Assembly: GCA_913041945.1 (NCBI GenBank)
Contig: CAJWIT010000003.1
Span: forward strand, 18,813-82,812
DNA: 64,000 bases
Reading direction: 5' to 3'
DNA from: an uncultured Fidelibacterota bacterium
Lineage (GTDB): Bacteria > Fidelibacterota > Marinisomatia > Marinisomatales > UBA8229
Shown piece after piece: positions 8,576 through 18,257 of this stretch (its first letter is position 1; each line of letters opens with the position of its first letter). Below the pieces are notes generated by a model. That model was not told the DNA's origin and did not search any database. It worked only from the letters and a program-made list of their open reading frames with translations. The position numbers and the translations under genes are program-made.

Positions 8576-9349
8576 ATGAATCAAAAACGTGGGATATTAT
8601 TTGATTTGGACGGTGTTTTTTATGTGTCGAATCAAGCGATTGATGGAGGGCAAAAACTCATTGACTCACTAAGAAACAAAGGTATTCCTTTCAGATTTCT
8701 TACAAATACAACCACAAAAACCCGAAGAGAAATAAGAGAAAAACTTGGTAGTTTTGGTTTACTGATTGATGAAAAAGAAATATTCAGTGCTGCCTACATA
8801 GGAATAAATTACTTAAGGAGCATTGGTTCGCCTCCTTGTCATCTTTTGATTCATGATAATATTTATTCAGATTATTCTGAGTTTGATATACATGACAGGA
8901 AACCGGAGTTTGTGGTAATTGGTGACAGGGGACATAAGTGGAATTATGATGATCTCAATAAGGCATTCAGGTATTTGATGGAAGGTGCTGGGCTTATTGC
9001 TCTTCATAAAGGGAGGTATTTTCAAACTTTACAAGGACTGGAAATTGATATTGGCGCTATAATTACCGGGCTGGAATATTCCTCTGGCCAAGCAGCTATA
9101 TCCTTAGGAAAACCTAACCCGCATTTTTTTCAAACGGCACTTGAAGATATTTCAATTAGAAGTAAAAAAGCCATTATGGTTGGTGATGATTTGATTAATG
9201 ATATTGGCGGAGCTCAAAGAACTGGTATGAAGGGGGTGCTTGTTCGTACAGGAAAATTTAGGAAAAGTGATTTATCATATTCTGATGTTAAACCGGATTT
9301 TATCATTGAATCAATTAATGAATTGGAAGATATACTCTCATTAATATGA
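8576..9349 (+). CDS. HAD-superfamily hydrolase, subfamily IIA (NagD-like phosphatase)
   Basis: Motifs seen are DxD (ILFDLDGV), LTNTTTKTR, GKPNP and MVGDDLINDI. The ORF opens at TTG 8564, but ATG 8576 is the more likely start. Confidence 0.8.
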   Translation: MNQKRGILFDLDGVFYVSNQAIDGGQKLIDSLRNKGIPFRFLTNTTTKTRREIREKLGSFGLLIDEKEIFSAAYIGINYLRSIGSPPCHLLIHDNIYSDYSEFDIHDRKPEFVVIGDRGHKWNYDDLNKAFRYLMEGAGLIALHKGRYFQTLQGLEIDIGAIITGLEYSSGQAAISLGKPNPHFFQTALEDISIRSKKAIMVGDDLINDIGGAQRTGMKGVLVRTGKFRKSDLSYSDVKPDFIIESINELEDILSLI

Positions 9350-10419
9350 AACACGAAAATACTCTATTTTCGAAAAACTTATTGAATTGGTATGATATAA
9401 ATAAAAGAACATTACCATGGCGGAGTGAATCAGATCCCTATCGAATATGGTTATCTGAAATAATGCTTCAACAGACCCAGACTGAAAGAGTGAGTCATTA
9501 CTACTTTAAATGGTTAAAAAGATTTCCTTCTCTTAAATCTGTTGCAAAGGCTAAGGAAGAAAGTTTATTAAAGGTTTGGGAAGGTCTCGGCTATTACAAT
9601 CGATGCCGCAATTTTCATAGTGCTGCCAAAACTGTTATAAAAGATTATAATGGTAAGATACCCAAGGAATTTAAGCTGTTCAAGTCACTCCCGGGCATAG
9701 GTGATTACACTGCAGCTGCTGTTTTATCAATAGCTTTTGATATTCCGTTTCCCGCTATTGATGGAAATATAAAACGTGTGATGGCGCGGATGCTGAGAAT
9801 AAAAACCATTACAAAATATAATTTTAGGCGGGTACAAAAGGAGTTAGAAAATTTTATTGATAAAACCCGACCAGGAGATTTTAACCAGGCCTTAATGGAC
9901 CTGGGCAACCAGGTTTGCCGCCCTAATCAGGCTCATTGTTATGCCTGCCCTATGAAATCTTTCTGTAGAGCTGCACAGACCGACCATCCGGAGCAATATC
10001 CCCGGCCTGAATTATCTAAAGATATTCCTCATTACGATGTTGTTTTGGGACTGATATGGAAGAAAGGCCGTTTCCTCATATTAAAACGGGACAACCGAAA
10101 ACATTTAGGAGGACTTTGGGAACTCCCGGGAGGGAAAATTGATTATAGAGAAAGCCCTGAGAAAGCCTTGATACGGGAAATCAAGGAGGAATGTAATGTT
10201 GATGTTATCTTGGGAAAGAATACCGATCCAATTAAACACCGATATTCCCATTTTGCCATTACAGTAAGAGCATTCCATTGTCAATTATATAATGGTAAGA
10301 AAGTTTTTTCAAATCAACCTAACCGATGGATAACACCTCAACAAATAATTAAATTTCCTTTTCCAAAAGCCAATCATAAACTTTTCGCCAAAATAAATTT
10401 TGATGCTGACAATATTTAG
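9346..10419 (+). CDS. mutY: A/G-specific adenine DNA glycosylase MutY
   Basis: LLNWYDINKRTLPWR and SEIMLQQTQ are present, with an HhH-GPD region (LPGIGDYTAAAV). The 4Fe-4S loop is CRPNQAHCYACPMKSFC. A C-terminal NUDIX-like domain follows (GGLWELPGGK). The start overlaps the upstream stop (ATGA). Confidence 0.93.
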   Translation: MKHENTLFSKNLLNWYDINKRTLPWRSESDPYRIWLSEIMLQQTQTERVSHYYFKWLKRFPSLKSVAKAKEESLLKVWEGLGYYNRCRNFHSAAKTVIKDYNGKIPKEFKLFKSLPGIGDYTAAAVLSIAFDIPFPAIDGNIKRVMARMLRIKTITKYNFRRVQKELENFIDKTRPGDFNQALMDLGNQVCRPNQAHCYACPMKSFCRAAQTDHPEQYPRPELSKDIPHYDVVLGLIWKKGRFLILKRDNRKHLGGLWELPGGKIDYRESPEKALIREIKEECNVDVILGKNTDPIKHRYSHFAITVRAFHCQLYNGKKVFSNQPNRWITPQQIIKFPFPKANHKLFAKINFDADNI

Positions 10420-11125
10420 AACTTTAATTTCTCTGATTTTATGGCCTCTGACGTTTATTGTTTTCACTTTTGTTGTGGGGGGAGGGTATCTGTTTTTACT
10501 TTTTTTTATTCATCCAGAAAAACTTCATCCTTTTGCACGAATTATATGTCGAATACTTTTAACAACAGGTGGTCAATGGCTCTCTGTGCGGGGGACGCCT
10601 CCTCCGAAAAAAGGACAGCCATATTTGTATCTCTTCAATCACCAGTCATTGTTTGACAGTTTTATGCTTGCAGCGGCTATTCCTCATTACATTACGGCTG
10701 TAGGAGCGAATAAACAGTTTAGTTGGCCAGGATGGGGTTATCTTGTAAAGCGATATGGTGTCATTCCAATTAAACGAAGGAAATTGAAAGCTGCAATTCA
10801 CAGCTTGCACTTAGCTGAAGAGGCTGTTCAAAAAGGAACTTCTTTTATTATTTCACCGGAAGGTACCCGCACACTCACAGGAGAAATGGGACAGTTTAAA
10901 AAAGGCGCTTTTCATGTGGCAAAAAATACCGGTATTACCATTGTTCCTGTTGGTATTCAAGGAGCCTTTGATGCAAAAAACAAGAATGATTGGCGGTTAA
11001 CACCGGGTATACTTACGTTACATTTTGGGGAATTAATTAAGAAAGAGGAGTATAAAAATATGACTGTAGAGCAGTTAAGAGATTTTACTAGAAATAAAAT
11101 TAGTGAATTAATTCAATCTAACTAG
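10403..11125 (+). CDS. plsC: 1-acyl-sn-glycerol-3-phosphate acyltransferase
   Basis: There is an N-terminal TM segment, the HX4D motif NHQSLFD, YGVIPIKR and SPEGTRT. Confidence 0.88.
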   Translation: MLTIFRTLISLILWPLTFIVFTFVVGGGYLFLLFFIHPEKLHPFARIICRILLTTGGQWLSVRGTPPPKKGQPYLYLFNHQSLFDSFMLAAAIPHYITAVGANKQFSWPGWGYLVKRYGVIPIKRRKLKAAIHSLHLAEEAVQKGTSFIISPEGTRTLTGEMGQFKKGAFHVAKNTGITIVPVGIQGAFDAKNKNDWRLTPGILTLHFGELIKKEEYKNMTVEQLRDFTRNKISELIQSN

Positions 11126-11177
11126 AATAATGGATAACTAGTAAAGAAATTTAACAGATTAACTAAAGGAAAAACGT

Positions 11178-12518
11178 ATGAGCTCAAAGATTTTATTGAA
11201 AACAATTAAGGAATATCAAAAAAGCATTGAAGAAAATGCTCAAATTAAACTGGCACGAAATGCAGCGGCACGAGGGGAGATCACGGATCTGGCCATGGAC
11301 TGGGAAGCTTTCCGCAGGATTGATCATACATTTTCTGAAATGGTCAGCGGTCAGTTAGAAGTTACTAACCAGAAATCAAGCGGGAGGTGTTGGGGTTTTG
11401 CAGGTCTCAATCTTTTCCGGATTTATCTGGGGCGGAAATATAATTTGAAGAAATTTGAATTTTCTCAAAGTTATTTCATGTTCTGGGATAAAATTGAAAA
11501 AGCCAATTATTTCCTGGAAAACGTTATACAGACTTCTGTAGAACCGTGGAATAGTCGACTGATAATGTATTTATTGGAAAACCCGATTCAGGATGGCGGA
11601 CAATGGGACATGTTTGTGAACCTTATCCGGAAGTACGGTGTGGTACCTCAAACAGAGATGCCGGAAAGTTTTCAGTCCAGTAAATCTATGCGTATGAACC
11701 GAATGATTACACGGAAACTCCGGGAGTTTGCCAAGTCCCTGAGGGAAGTTTATAACGAAGGGAAAAATTTAACAGTTCTCCATAGGATGAAAAAAGAAAT
11801 GTTGGCAGTTATCTATCAAATGCTTGTCATTCACTTGGGGACTCCGCCGGTTCGGTTTGATTGGCAGGTGAGAGATAAAGATAAAAAATTTCACCGCTTT
11901 GAAAATCTCACCCCCAAACGATTTTTTTTAGATCATGTTGGACTAAATCTTGATGACTTCAGCTGTCTGATAAATTGCCCCATGTCGGATAAAACCTATA
12001 ATGAAGTGTATACTGTGGAATATCTGGGAAACGTAGTTGAGGGAGATATCATCCGATATTTGAATCTACCCTCTTCCCGCCTGAAGGAGTGCGCTGTTCA
12101 GTCTATCCGCGATGATGATCCTGTGTGGTTTGGCTGTGATGTGGGCAAGCATTTCCATCGCGACCTGGGTGTTATGGATATGGATTTGTTTGATTTTGAA
12201 CTCTTTTATGGCACAGATTTTCCCATGAATAAGGCAGACCGCCTGGAATATGGAGACAGCCAGATGACCCATGCCATGCTGTTTACCGGAGTGGATTTGG
12301 ATAAAGGAGGGAAACCTCGAAAATGGCGTGTGGAAAACAGCTGGGGTAACAAACGGGGAGATAAGGGATACGATATAATGACGGACAAATGGTTTGATGA
12401 ATATAATTATGAGATTGTAGTTCACAAAAAATATTTGACCGATAAAGAATTAGAGATTTATCGAAGAGAACCGGTAAAGTTACCGCCATGGGATCCTATG
12501 GGAGCTTTGGCAGGATAA
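11178..12518 (+). CDS. pepC: Aminopeptidase C / bleomycin-hydrolase-type cysteine peptidase (family C1B)
   Basis: The catalytic Cys motif is QKSSGRCWGFAGLN, the His motif is THAMLFTGV, and the Asn/Trp motif is VENSWG. Length is 446 aa. Confidence 0.9.
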   Translation: MSSKILLKTIKEYQKSIEENAQIKLARNAAARGEITDLAMDWEAFRRIDHTFSEMVSGQLEVTNQKSSGRCWGFAGLNLFRIYLGRKYNLKKFEFSQSYFMFWDKIEKANYFLENVIQTSVEPWNSRLIMYLLENPIQDGGQWDMFVNLIRKYGVVPQTEMPESFQSSKSMRMNRMITRKLREFAKSLREVYNEGKNLTVLHRMKKEMLAVIYQMLVIHLGTPPVRFDWQVRDKDKKFHRFENLTPKRFFLDHVGLNLDDFSCLINCPMSDKTYNEVYTVEYLGNVVEGDIIRYLNLPSSRLKECAVQSIRDDDPVWFGCDVGKHFHRDLGVMDMDLFDFELFYGTDFPMNKADRLEYGDSQMTHAMLFTGVDLDKGGKPRKWRVENSWGNKRGDKGYDIMTDKWFDEYNYEIVVHKKYLTDKELEIYRREPVKLPPWDPMGALAG

Positions 12519-12534
12519 CGTTTCTTTTATTATT

Positions 12535-13668
12535 GTGAAGGATAAATTTCTTCTATCGCCTAATGTAACTTTTCTCAATCACGGTTCATTCGGCGCCTGC
12601 CCGAAGACGGTGTTTGAAAAATACCAGCACTGGCAAAAGGAACTTGAACGCCAGCCTGTACAGTTTATGGCGGAAGATGTTTATACACATCTGAAAACAG
12701 CGCGGGACAGTTTGGGTGAATTTGTTGGATGCGAAGGGGATGATTTGTTTTTTGTCCCAAATCCAACTACAGCAGGGAATACGGTCATTAACAGTTTGGG
12801 CCTGAAGCCGGGTGATGAAATTTTGACTACAGATCACGAGTATGGAGCCCTCATCCGGGCGTGGGAGGCTTATTGTACTATGTCAGGCACAAGACTTATT
12901 CAGCATGATATTCCCCTTCCGGTTACCACCCATGATAAATTTACCGAACATTTTTGGGATGGTGTTACTGATCGGACAAAAGTCATTTTCATAAGCCAGG
13001 TTACGAGCCCGACTGCGCTTATTTTCCCTGTACATGAAATTTGTCAACGTGCTCGGGAACGAGACATTCTAACCATCGTTGATGGCGCTCACGTGCCGGG
13101 TCAGATTCCACTGAATATTTCAGAAATGGACCCGGACGTGTATATAGCTGCTTGCCATAAATGGCTTTGTGCTCCAAAAGGATCATCTTTTCTTTATGTA
13201 CGGAAATCATTTCAAACAAAGATAAATCCTCTGGTGGTCAGTTGGGGGAGTGACGGCGCTGATCCGTCTGGATCACCTTTTTTGCTGGAAAACCAGTGGC
13301 AGGGGACTCGGGACATGAGCGCGTTCCTGACTGTCCCCGCAGCAATAGAATTCCAGCAGAAGAATAACTGGGATGAATTAACTGTTCGCTGTAGACATCT
13401 TGTTAGAGAAACCCGGGAATGTTTGGATGAATATTTTACATTGAACCATCTTTGTCCTAATACTGAAGAATGGCTTGGACAAATGGCAAGCGTAGAACTT
13501 CCCATCAGGGAACCGGAAAAATTCAAAAGTGCTTTAATGAAGGAGCATTCCATCGAGGTCCCTGTTTTTTTGTGGAAGGATAAAATGTTTTTAAGATATT
13601 CATTCAATGTGTATAATTCTCAACAGGATGCTGAATGGTTAGTTTATGCACTGAGGAAATTAGTTTAG
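12535..13668 (+). CDS. Class V PLP-dependent aminotransferase (isopenicillin-N-epimerase / cysteine-desulfurase-like)
   Basis: It has a GTG start. Motifs seen are FLNHGSFGACP, IVDGAHVPG and the PLP Lys context ACHKWLCAPKGSSFLYV. Confidence 0.8.
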   Translation: MKDKFLLSPNVTFLNHGSFGACPKTVFEKYQHWQKELERQPVQFMAEDVYTHLKTARDSLGEFVGCEGDDLFFVPNPTTAGNTVINSLGLKPGDEILTTDHEYGALIRAWEAYCTMSGTRLIQHDIPLPVTTHDKFTEHFWDGVTDRTKVIFISQVTSPTALIFPVHEICQRARERDILTIVDGAHVPGQIPLNISEMDPDVYIAACHKWLCAPKGSSFLYVRKSFQTKINPLVVSWGSDGADPSGSPFLLENQWQGTRDMSAFLTVPAAIEFQQKNNWDELTVRCRHLVRETRECLDEYFTLNHLCPNTEEWLGQMASVELPIREPEKFKSALMKEHSIEVPVFLWKDKMFLRYSFNVYNSQQDAEWLVYALRKLV

Positions 13669-13687
13669 TTGAAAAAAACTCTTTTTT

Positions 13688-15145
13688 CTATTTGATTAAT
13701 CCGGCATTACCCAATGCTTTGTGCCAACAATTGACTTTGCTTTTTTGTTGATCTTTCGTCATTGAAGGATGAAATGTTAAATTAAAATAAGATTCCTCAA
13801 ATTTTGAAAGGTTTTTTTCTTTAGGTCGTATTAGTTGATAAACACCATAAGCAGTTCGATCTCTCATTGTGGAATGACATACCGGCAGATCAGTCAAGTC
13901 CGCAATAAACTGTAATAGAGGAGACCGGGCACCACCACCGCTGGCAGTTAATTTTTTTGGCCAGGATGTTGCAATGGGTTTCATCTGTTCAAGGATATCA
14001 TATATCAGGAACCCGATAGATTCCATTCCTGCCCGGATCATATCATTGGGATCAGAAGTGTCAATTCCTTCACAAATATCTGGGAAACCGCTGGCCCAAT
14101 AAGGTGCTGCCAGACCTGTGAAACCGGGGATGAAAACCCCGTTTGTTTTTCGTTCCTGACAACGCTTATGCCAGTGCATTTGTTCGTGCGGGATGTTTAA
14201 TTCCTTTTCCAAATGATAAAAAAGAGAATTACAGGCATTGATTGTGCCTTCCACCATATACATTTTACTGGTGTTAGAGGATGTTAAAATGCTGGAGATT
14301 AACCCGGGAATCAAAGCCGGCCCGCGCCCCACATTGAATTGAACACTTCCAGATGTCCCGAAGTTCATGGCCAAGGTGCCGGTCTTCCATCCACCCTGAC
14401 CAATGAGAGCTGCTTGCTGATCTCCAACCACACATTTGAGTTGAATATCCCCAGTTGATACAGTTCCGAATGAATATTCTGTGGGAACAAGTTTCGGAAG
14501 GCTGAATCTTGGTACTTGAAATAAGTCTAAAAGTTTTTCAGACCACTTCCCAGTGGATAGATTAAAAAGCAAAGACCGGCAGGCAATGGATTCATCTACA
14601 GCAGGTGTACCGGTCAGAGCGTGGGTTAGAAATGCACTTAAAGGTCCAAATAAAATGTTTCCTGAGAGTACTTCCTGTTTTAATGTGGGGTTTTCTATGA
14701 GGCAATGGAGATATTTTGGTCCACCGAAATGAGCGCTGAGGGGAGTACCGGTTATGCGTTTAATTTGGTTTTGATAGGGTTCAAAATCTTTGATAATGGA
14801 ATGGGCACGGCTATCCTGCCAACTCAGAGCCTGTGTGCGAGGCTCCAATGATTTGCGCTCCCAAAACAGGAATGTAGATCGTTGGACTGCAAGGCCCATG
14901 GATTGAATAGTACCCCCCTTCGATTTCACAATTGACAAGGCTTGATCAATCAGGAATCTGCAGGCTTCAAGGATAGTGATCGGGTCACATTCAACATGAT
15001 AGGGTGCCGGTCGTGTCAATGAGTGCTTAATTTTAGCAGAATGCTCTAAGGTCCCCTGAATGTCAAACAGGAAAGATTTTGTGGAAGATGTTCCTTGATC
15101 GAGAACCAAGAAACAGACTTTCTTTTTATTGGTTGAAGCGGTCAA
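13688..15145 (-). CDS. FGGY-family carbohydrate kinase (glycerol-kinase-like)
   Basis: The N-terminal phosphate-1 motif is LVLDQGTSSTKSFLFD. Later motifs include GDQQAALIGQG and ASGGGARSPLLQFIADL. A TTG start at 15145-15143 overlaps the MFS stop (TTGA). The longer ORF reaching 15481 is an artefact that overlaps the MFS gene. Confidence 0.82.
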   Translation of the reverse strand: MTASTNKKKVCFLVLDQGTSSTKSFLFDIQGTLEHSAKIKHSLTRPAPYHVECDPITILEACRFLIDQALSIVKSKGGTIQSMGLAVQRSTFLFWERKSLEPRTQALSWQDSRAHSIIKDFEPYQNQIKRITGTPLSAHFGGPKYLHCLIENPTLKQEVLSGNILFGPLSAFLTHALTGTPAVDESIACRSLLFNLSTGKWSEKLLDLFQVPRFSLPKLVPTEYSFGTVSTGDIQLKCVVGDQQAALIGQGGWKTGTLAMNFGTSGSVQFNVGRGPALIPGLISSILTSSNTSKMYMVEGTINACNSLFYHLEKELNIPHEQMHWHKRCQERKTNGVFIPGFTGLAAPYWASGFPDICEGIDTSDPNDMIRAGMESIGFLIYDILEQMKPIATSWPKKLTASGGGARSPLLQFIADLTDLPVCHSTMRDRTAYGVYQLIRPKEKNLSKFEESYFNLTFHPSMTKDQQKSKVNCWHKALGNAGLIK

Positions 15146-16374
15146 TAAATTTGTTGATCTATTGTCCTTAATGTAGGTATCGAGGCACCGATAATCCCAC
15201 ACAATGCTCCTCCTATTCCGAAGAAAAAGAAAACTTCCTGAATAGGAATAAGTGTATTTAAAAATCCTACAAGTCCAGCAGACAAAGATGTCATGCCTAT
15301 CACCCCAAGGTGCACCATGGAAAAGAGCCGTCCATGGTAATTGGCAGGTGTGTGCCGTTGGATGATTGCAGTGCGGGAAATGGTGATGGTAGGAATCCCC
15401 ATACCGTGCAGGACGATCAGCATGATAGCAATAGGAACGGTAGGAACCCAGTAAAAAAAGGAATATGTCACCCCGTCCCAAATCATACCTGCAAGCAAAA
15501 GTTTTCCAATACTCAATCGATCAGAAAAGCGGTAGACGGCAAAGGCGCCCAGGAGCATCCCCAAAGCCATGCCGGCTTCGATAAATGCAAAGTCAGAGGC
15601 GGTTCCACCTAAGTACATTTTCACCAGGATCGGTATACCCACAATAGCTGGTCCCATAATAAAAAGGTTGTTTATGATCGTAAGGAAAATAAGGATACCA
15701 ATGGCAGGATGCTTTCGGAGATAGCCTAATCCGGAAAGAAGATCCTGAAAGGTGGTGGAAGAGTTCTCTTTTTTAATGGTAGATCTAGGAATGGTGATCA
15801 TGAGCAATAATAGGATAGCTATTAAAAATGATACTGCATCAAAAATGAAGAGACTCCTGAGGGACAGAATTCCTAGAAGTATTCCTGCTAAAGCTGGTCC
15901 TAATAAAAAAGCAAGATATCCGCTGGTCGTTAGTAAAGAATTTACCTTAACTAATTTTTCTTTAGGAAATTTTTCCGCAATGAAAGCATTGAGCGCAGGT
16001 GGAAACAGAGTCCCGAAACTACTGCGGATAAAAGCAAGAAAACCAATTAGTATGATATGTTTTATACCATAAAATAACATAATTGGGATAATTATCACAG
16101 TTAATGCTTGGCTTGCATGTGAAAAAACCATGAGATAAAAACGATTAAACCTGTCAGAAAGCACTCCGGCATAAAGTCCAAAAAGAATAGCCGGCATGTG
16201 GGCACTCATGGCTACCAGCCCCGTTAAGACAGAAGAACCGGTGATATCAAGAACGAACCACAACAGAGCCAGTTGATAAATTGCATCCCCGGCAGCTGAG
16301 ATCATCTGGGCTCCCCAAAGTAGAGCGATGTTTTTTTTCGCAGATATTTTTGTAATATTTTTAATCATCAACAT
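15142..16374 (-). CDS. MFS transporter
   Basis: There are about 12 TM segments, and an MFS loop 2-3 motif-like GVLSDRFNR. Length is 410 aa. Confidence 0.85.
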   Translation of the reverse strand: MLMIKNITKISAKKNIALLWGAQMISAAGDAIYQLALLWFVLDITGSSVLTGLVAMSAHMPAILFGLYAGVLSDRFNRFYLMVFSHASQALTVIIIPIMLFYGIKHIILIGFLAFIRSSFGTLFPPALNAFIAEKFPKEKLVKVNSLLTTSGYLAFLLGPALAGILLGILSLRSLFIFDAVSFLIAILLLLMITIPRSTIKKENSSTTFQDLLSGLGYLRKHPAIGILIFLTIINNLFIMGPAIVGIPILVKMYLGGTASDFAFIEAGMALGMLLGAFAVYRFSDRLSIGKLLLAGMIWDGVTYSFFYWVPTVPIAIMLIVLHGMGIPTITISRTAIIQRHTPANYHGRLFSMVHLGVIGMTSLSAGLVGFLNTLIPIQEVFFFFGIGGALCGIIGASIPTLRTIDQQIY

Positions 16375-16577
16375 TATATAATTTAGGATATAAAAGACTT
16401 TTTACATTTTAGTAAAATAGAGTAATCTTTTTTACTTTCGTTTAAGTTTAAGTCAATAATTGAACAAAAAGAAGTGTTGAATTTATTTTTTAAAATAGAA
16501 TAAATTAACAGACGATAAAAGTTACCAGAAGAATAGTTTTTACTATTATTCAATTAATTAATTGAAAGGGAATTTAA

Positions 16578-16880
16578 ATGACGTACATTATTGCAGAACC
16601 ATGTGTCGGTACCTGTGATACAGCTTGTGTAGATGTTTGCCCCGTTGATTGTATCCACGGCCCCGAAGATCCCGAAGGGATGGGTGCGGAAGCAAAAGAA
16701 GACGGATTTGACCCAGCGGGGAAACAGTTATATATTGATCCCGAGGAATGTATTGACTGCGCGGCTTGCGAACCGGAATGTCCAGTAGAAGCTATATTTG
16801 AAGAAGATGAGGTGCCGGATGAATGGCATAAATATTCAAAAATAAATTACGAATGGTTTGGTCGGGAATATCCCGGCTAG
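16578..16880 (+). CDS. Ferredoxin (Fe-S, [3Fe-4S][4Fe-4S]-type family)
   Basis: MTYIIAEPCVGTCDTACVDVCPVDCIH is followed by a second cluster motif CIDCAACEPECPVEAI. The C-terminus is acidic. Confidence 0.9.
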   Translation: MTYIIAEPCVGTCDTACVDVCPVDCIHGPEDPEGMGAEAKEDGFDPAGKQLYIDPEECIDCAACEPECPVEAIFEEDEVPDEWHKYSKINYEWFGREYPG

Positions 16881-16904
16881 TCTAATTTTTAAAAAGATGA
16901 AAAG

Positions 16905-16930
16905 ACGGCTGTTTATTACAGCCGTTTTTT
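16905..16930 (+). terminator. Rho-independent terminator after the ferredoxin gene
   Basis: ACGGCTGT-TTATT-ACAGCCGT forms a perfect 8-bp stem and is followed by TTTTTT. Confidence 0.85.
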
Positions 16931-16949
16931 GTATATAGATTATCTTAAA

Positions 16950-18080
16950 ATGAATAAAGATCAGATACTTAAATTACTTAAAACTGTTTCCTATCCGGGC
17001 TTTACTCGTGATATAGTTTCATTTGGTATAGTAGAGCATATACAAGTGGATAAAAAGAATGTTAATGTAGTTCTAAAGGTGGCCGCTGCTGAAGGTAAGC
17101 GTAAAACAATTCTTAATGCAGTCCGTAAAGCATTGGAAGGTAGCGGGGTATTTGAAAAAGTTAATGTTACTTTGGTTACAAAAGTTTCTGATCAGCCATC
17201 TTCTGGTCCGGATGAAGGTATACAACCCAATCAATCCATAGCTGGAGTTAAATATGTGATTGCTGTGGCAAGTGGAAAGGGAGGAGTCGGAAAATCCACA
17301 GTGGCAGCAAATCTTGCGGCTGCGTTGTGTGAAAAATCTATTCAGGTTGGATTGCTTGATTTAGATATTTATGGACCTTCTCTTCCAATTATACTTGGGT
17401 TAAAGGAACAACCGAAGCTCACACAAGAACGTAAATTAATTCCGCTGGAGTTTCGTGGAATGAAAGTGATGAGTTTTGGTTTTCTCAGTGGAGATGACAG
17501 TCCTGCAATATGGCGCGGCCCTTTGGTCGCACGAATGACTGAACAGTTTTTCAGAGATGTAGTATGGGGAGAGTTAGATTATCTTGTCTTGGATCTTCCT
17601 CCGGGTACCGGCGATGTTCAACTAACTCTGACCCAGAAGATTAAAATTAGTGGTGCAGTCATTGTTACCACACCCCAGGATCTTGCTTTGGCGGATGTGC
17701 GAAAAGGTGCGAATATGTTTCAGAAAGTACAAACCCCCATAATTGGAGTAATTGAAAACATGTCGGGACTTCGAGTTGAGGGTAAGGTTTTAGATTCCAA
17801 GGGGACTCCTTTTGCAAATGGACTTATTCATATTTCAGGTGAGGAATCAAAAGCCTTAAACGAAAAGGGGCAGTTTAACCTTTTGCTGGATTTGTTTAAA
17901 ACAGGAGGGGGCGCAAAGGAAAGCCAACGGCTTGGTGTTCCACTGCTTGGTACTATCCCGATCTCGCGTGAAATAATGGAAGCCACCGATGATGGGATAC
18001 CAATCGTTTTCCAGAAACCCAAATCGTTTGTGAGTAATGTATACCGTGATATTGTGGAACGAATAATAGAATCCATATAG
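16950..18080 (+). CDS. mrp: Mrp/ApbC/NBP35-family P-loop ATPase (Fe-S cluster carrier family) with N-terminal DUF59-like domain
   Basis: The deviant Walker A is VASGKGGVGKST, and LDLPPGTGD is present. The N-terminus LKTVSYPGFTRDIVSFG looks like a MIP18/DUF59 domain. ATG 16950 is preferred as the start, because the TTG at 16929 lies inside the upstream terminator. The protein lacks the CXXC motif after ENMS. Confidence 0.88.
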   Translation: MNKDQILKLLKTVSYPGFTRDIVSFGIVEHIQVDKKNVNVVLKVAAAEGKRKTILNAVRKALEGSGVFEKVNVTLVTKVSDQPSSGPDEGIQPNQSIAGVKYVIAVASGKGGVGKSTVAANLAAALCEKSIQVGLLDLDIYGPSLPIILGLKEQPKLTQERKLIPLEFRGMKVMSFGFLSGDDSPAIWRGPLVARMTEQFFRDVVWGELDYLVLDLPPGTGDVQLTLTQKIKISGAVIVTTPQDLALADVRKGANMFQKVQTPIIGVIENMSGLRVEGKVLDSKGTPFANGLIHISGEESKALNEKGQFNLLLDLFKTGGGAKESQRLGVPLLGTIPISREIMEATDDGIPIVFQKPKSFVSNVYRDIVERIIESI

Positions 18081-18257
18081 CCGATTATTAGTAAGTTTTT
18101 TCATTATTTTAAGAAGAGTAATAAGTTAATCTTGTAGTATAAATGGGGAACAGAATACTATCTTTTGTGTTGAATATGAAACAAATAAGGAGTGATGCAA
18201 CATGGTAATTATAAATTGATGGAAAATAAGAAGATACGCATCCTTTTTCTTTTCTGA

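Noticed and set aside
15146-15481. A 5' extension of the 597-aa minus-strand ORF (13688..15481) that gives the kinase a ~110-aa N-terminal leader.
   Set aside because: The extension lies entirely inside the MFS transporter gene in another frame. Its sequence is low-complexity and His/Arg/Cys/Trp-rich, unlike the rest of the protein. Kinase homology starts right after the TTG at 15145, which overlaps the MFS stop.
16929-16949. A TTG start at 16929 for the Mrp gene, as in the ORF track.
   Set aside because: The TTG lies inside the T-tract of the upstream rho-independent terminator. ATG 16950 yields the conserved MNKDQILKLLK... N-terminus.
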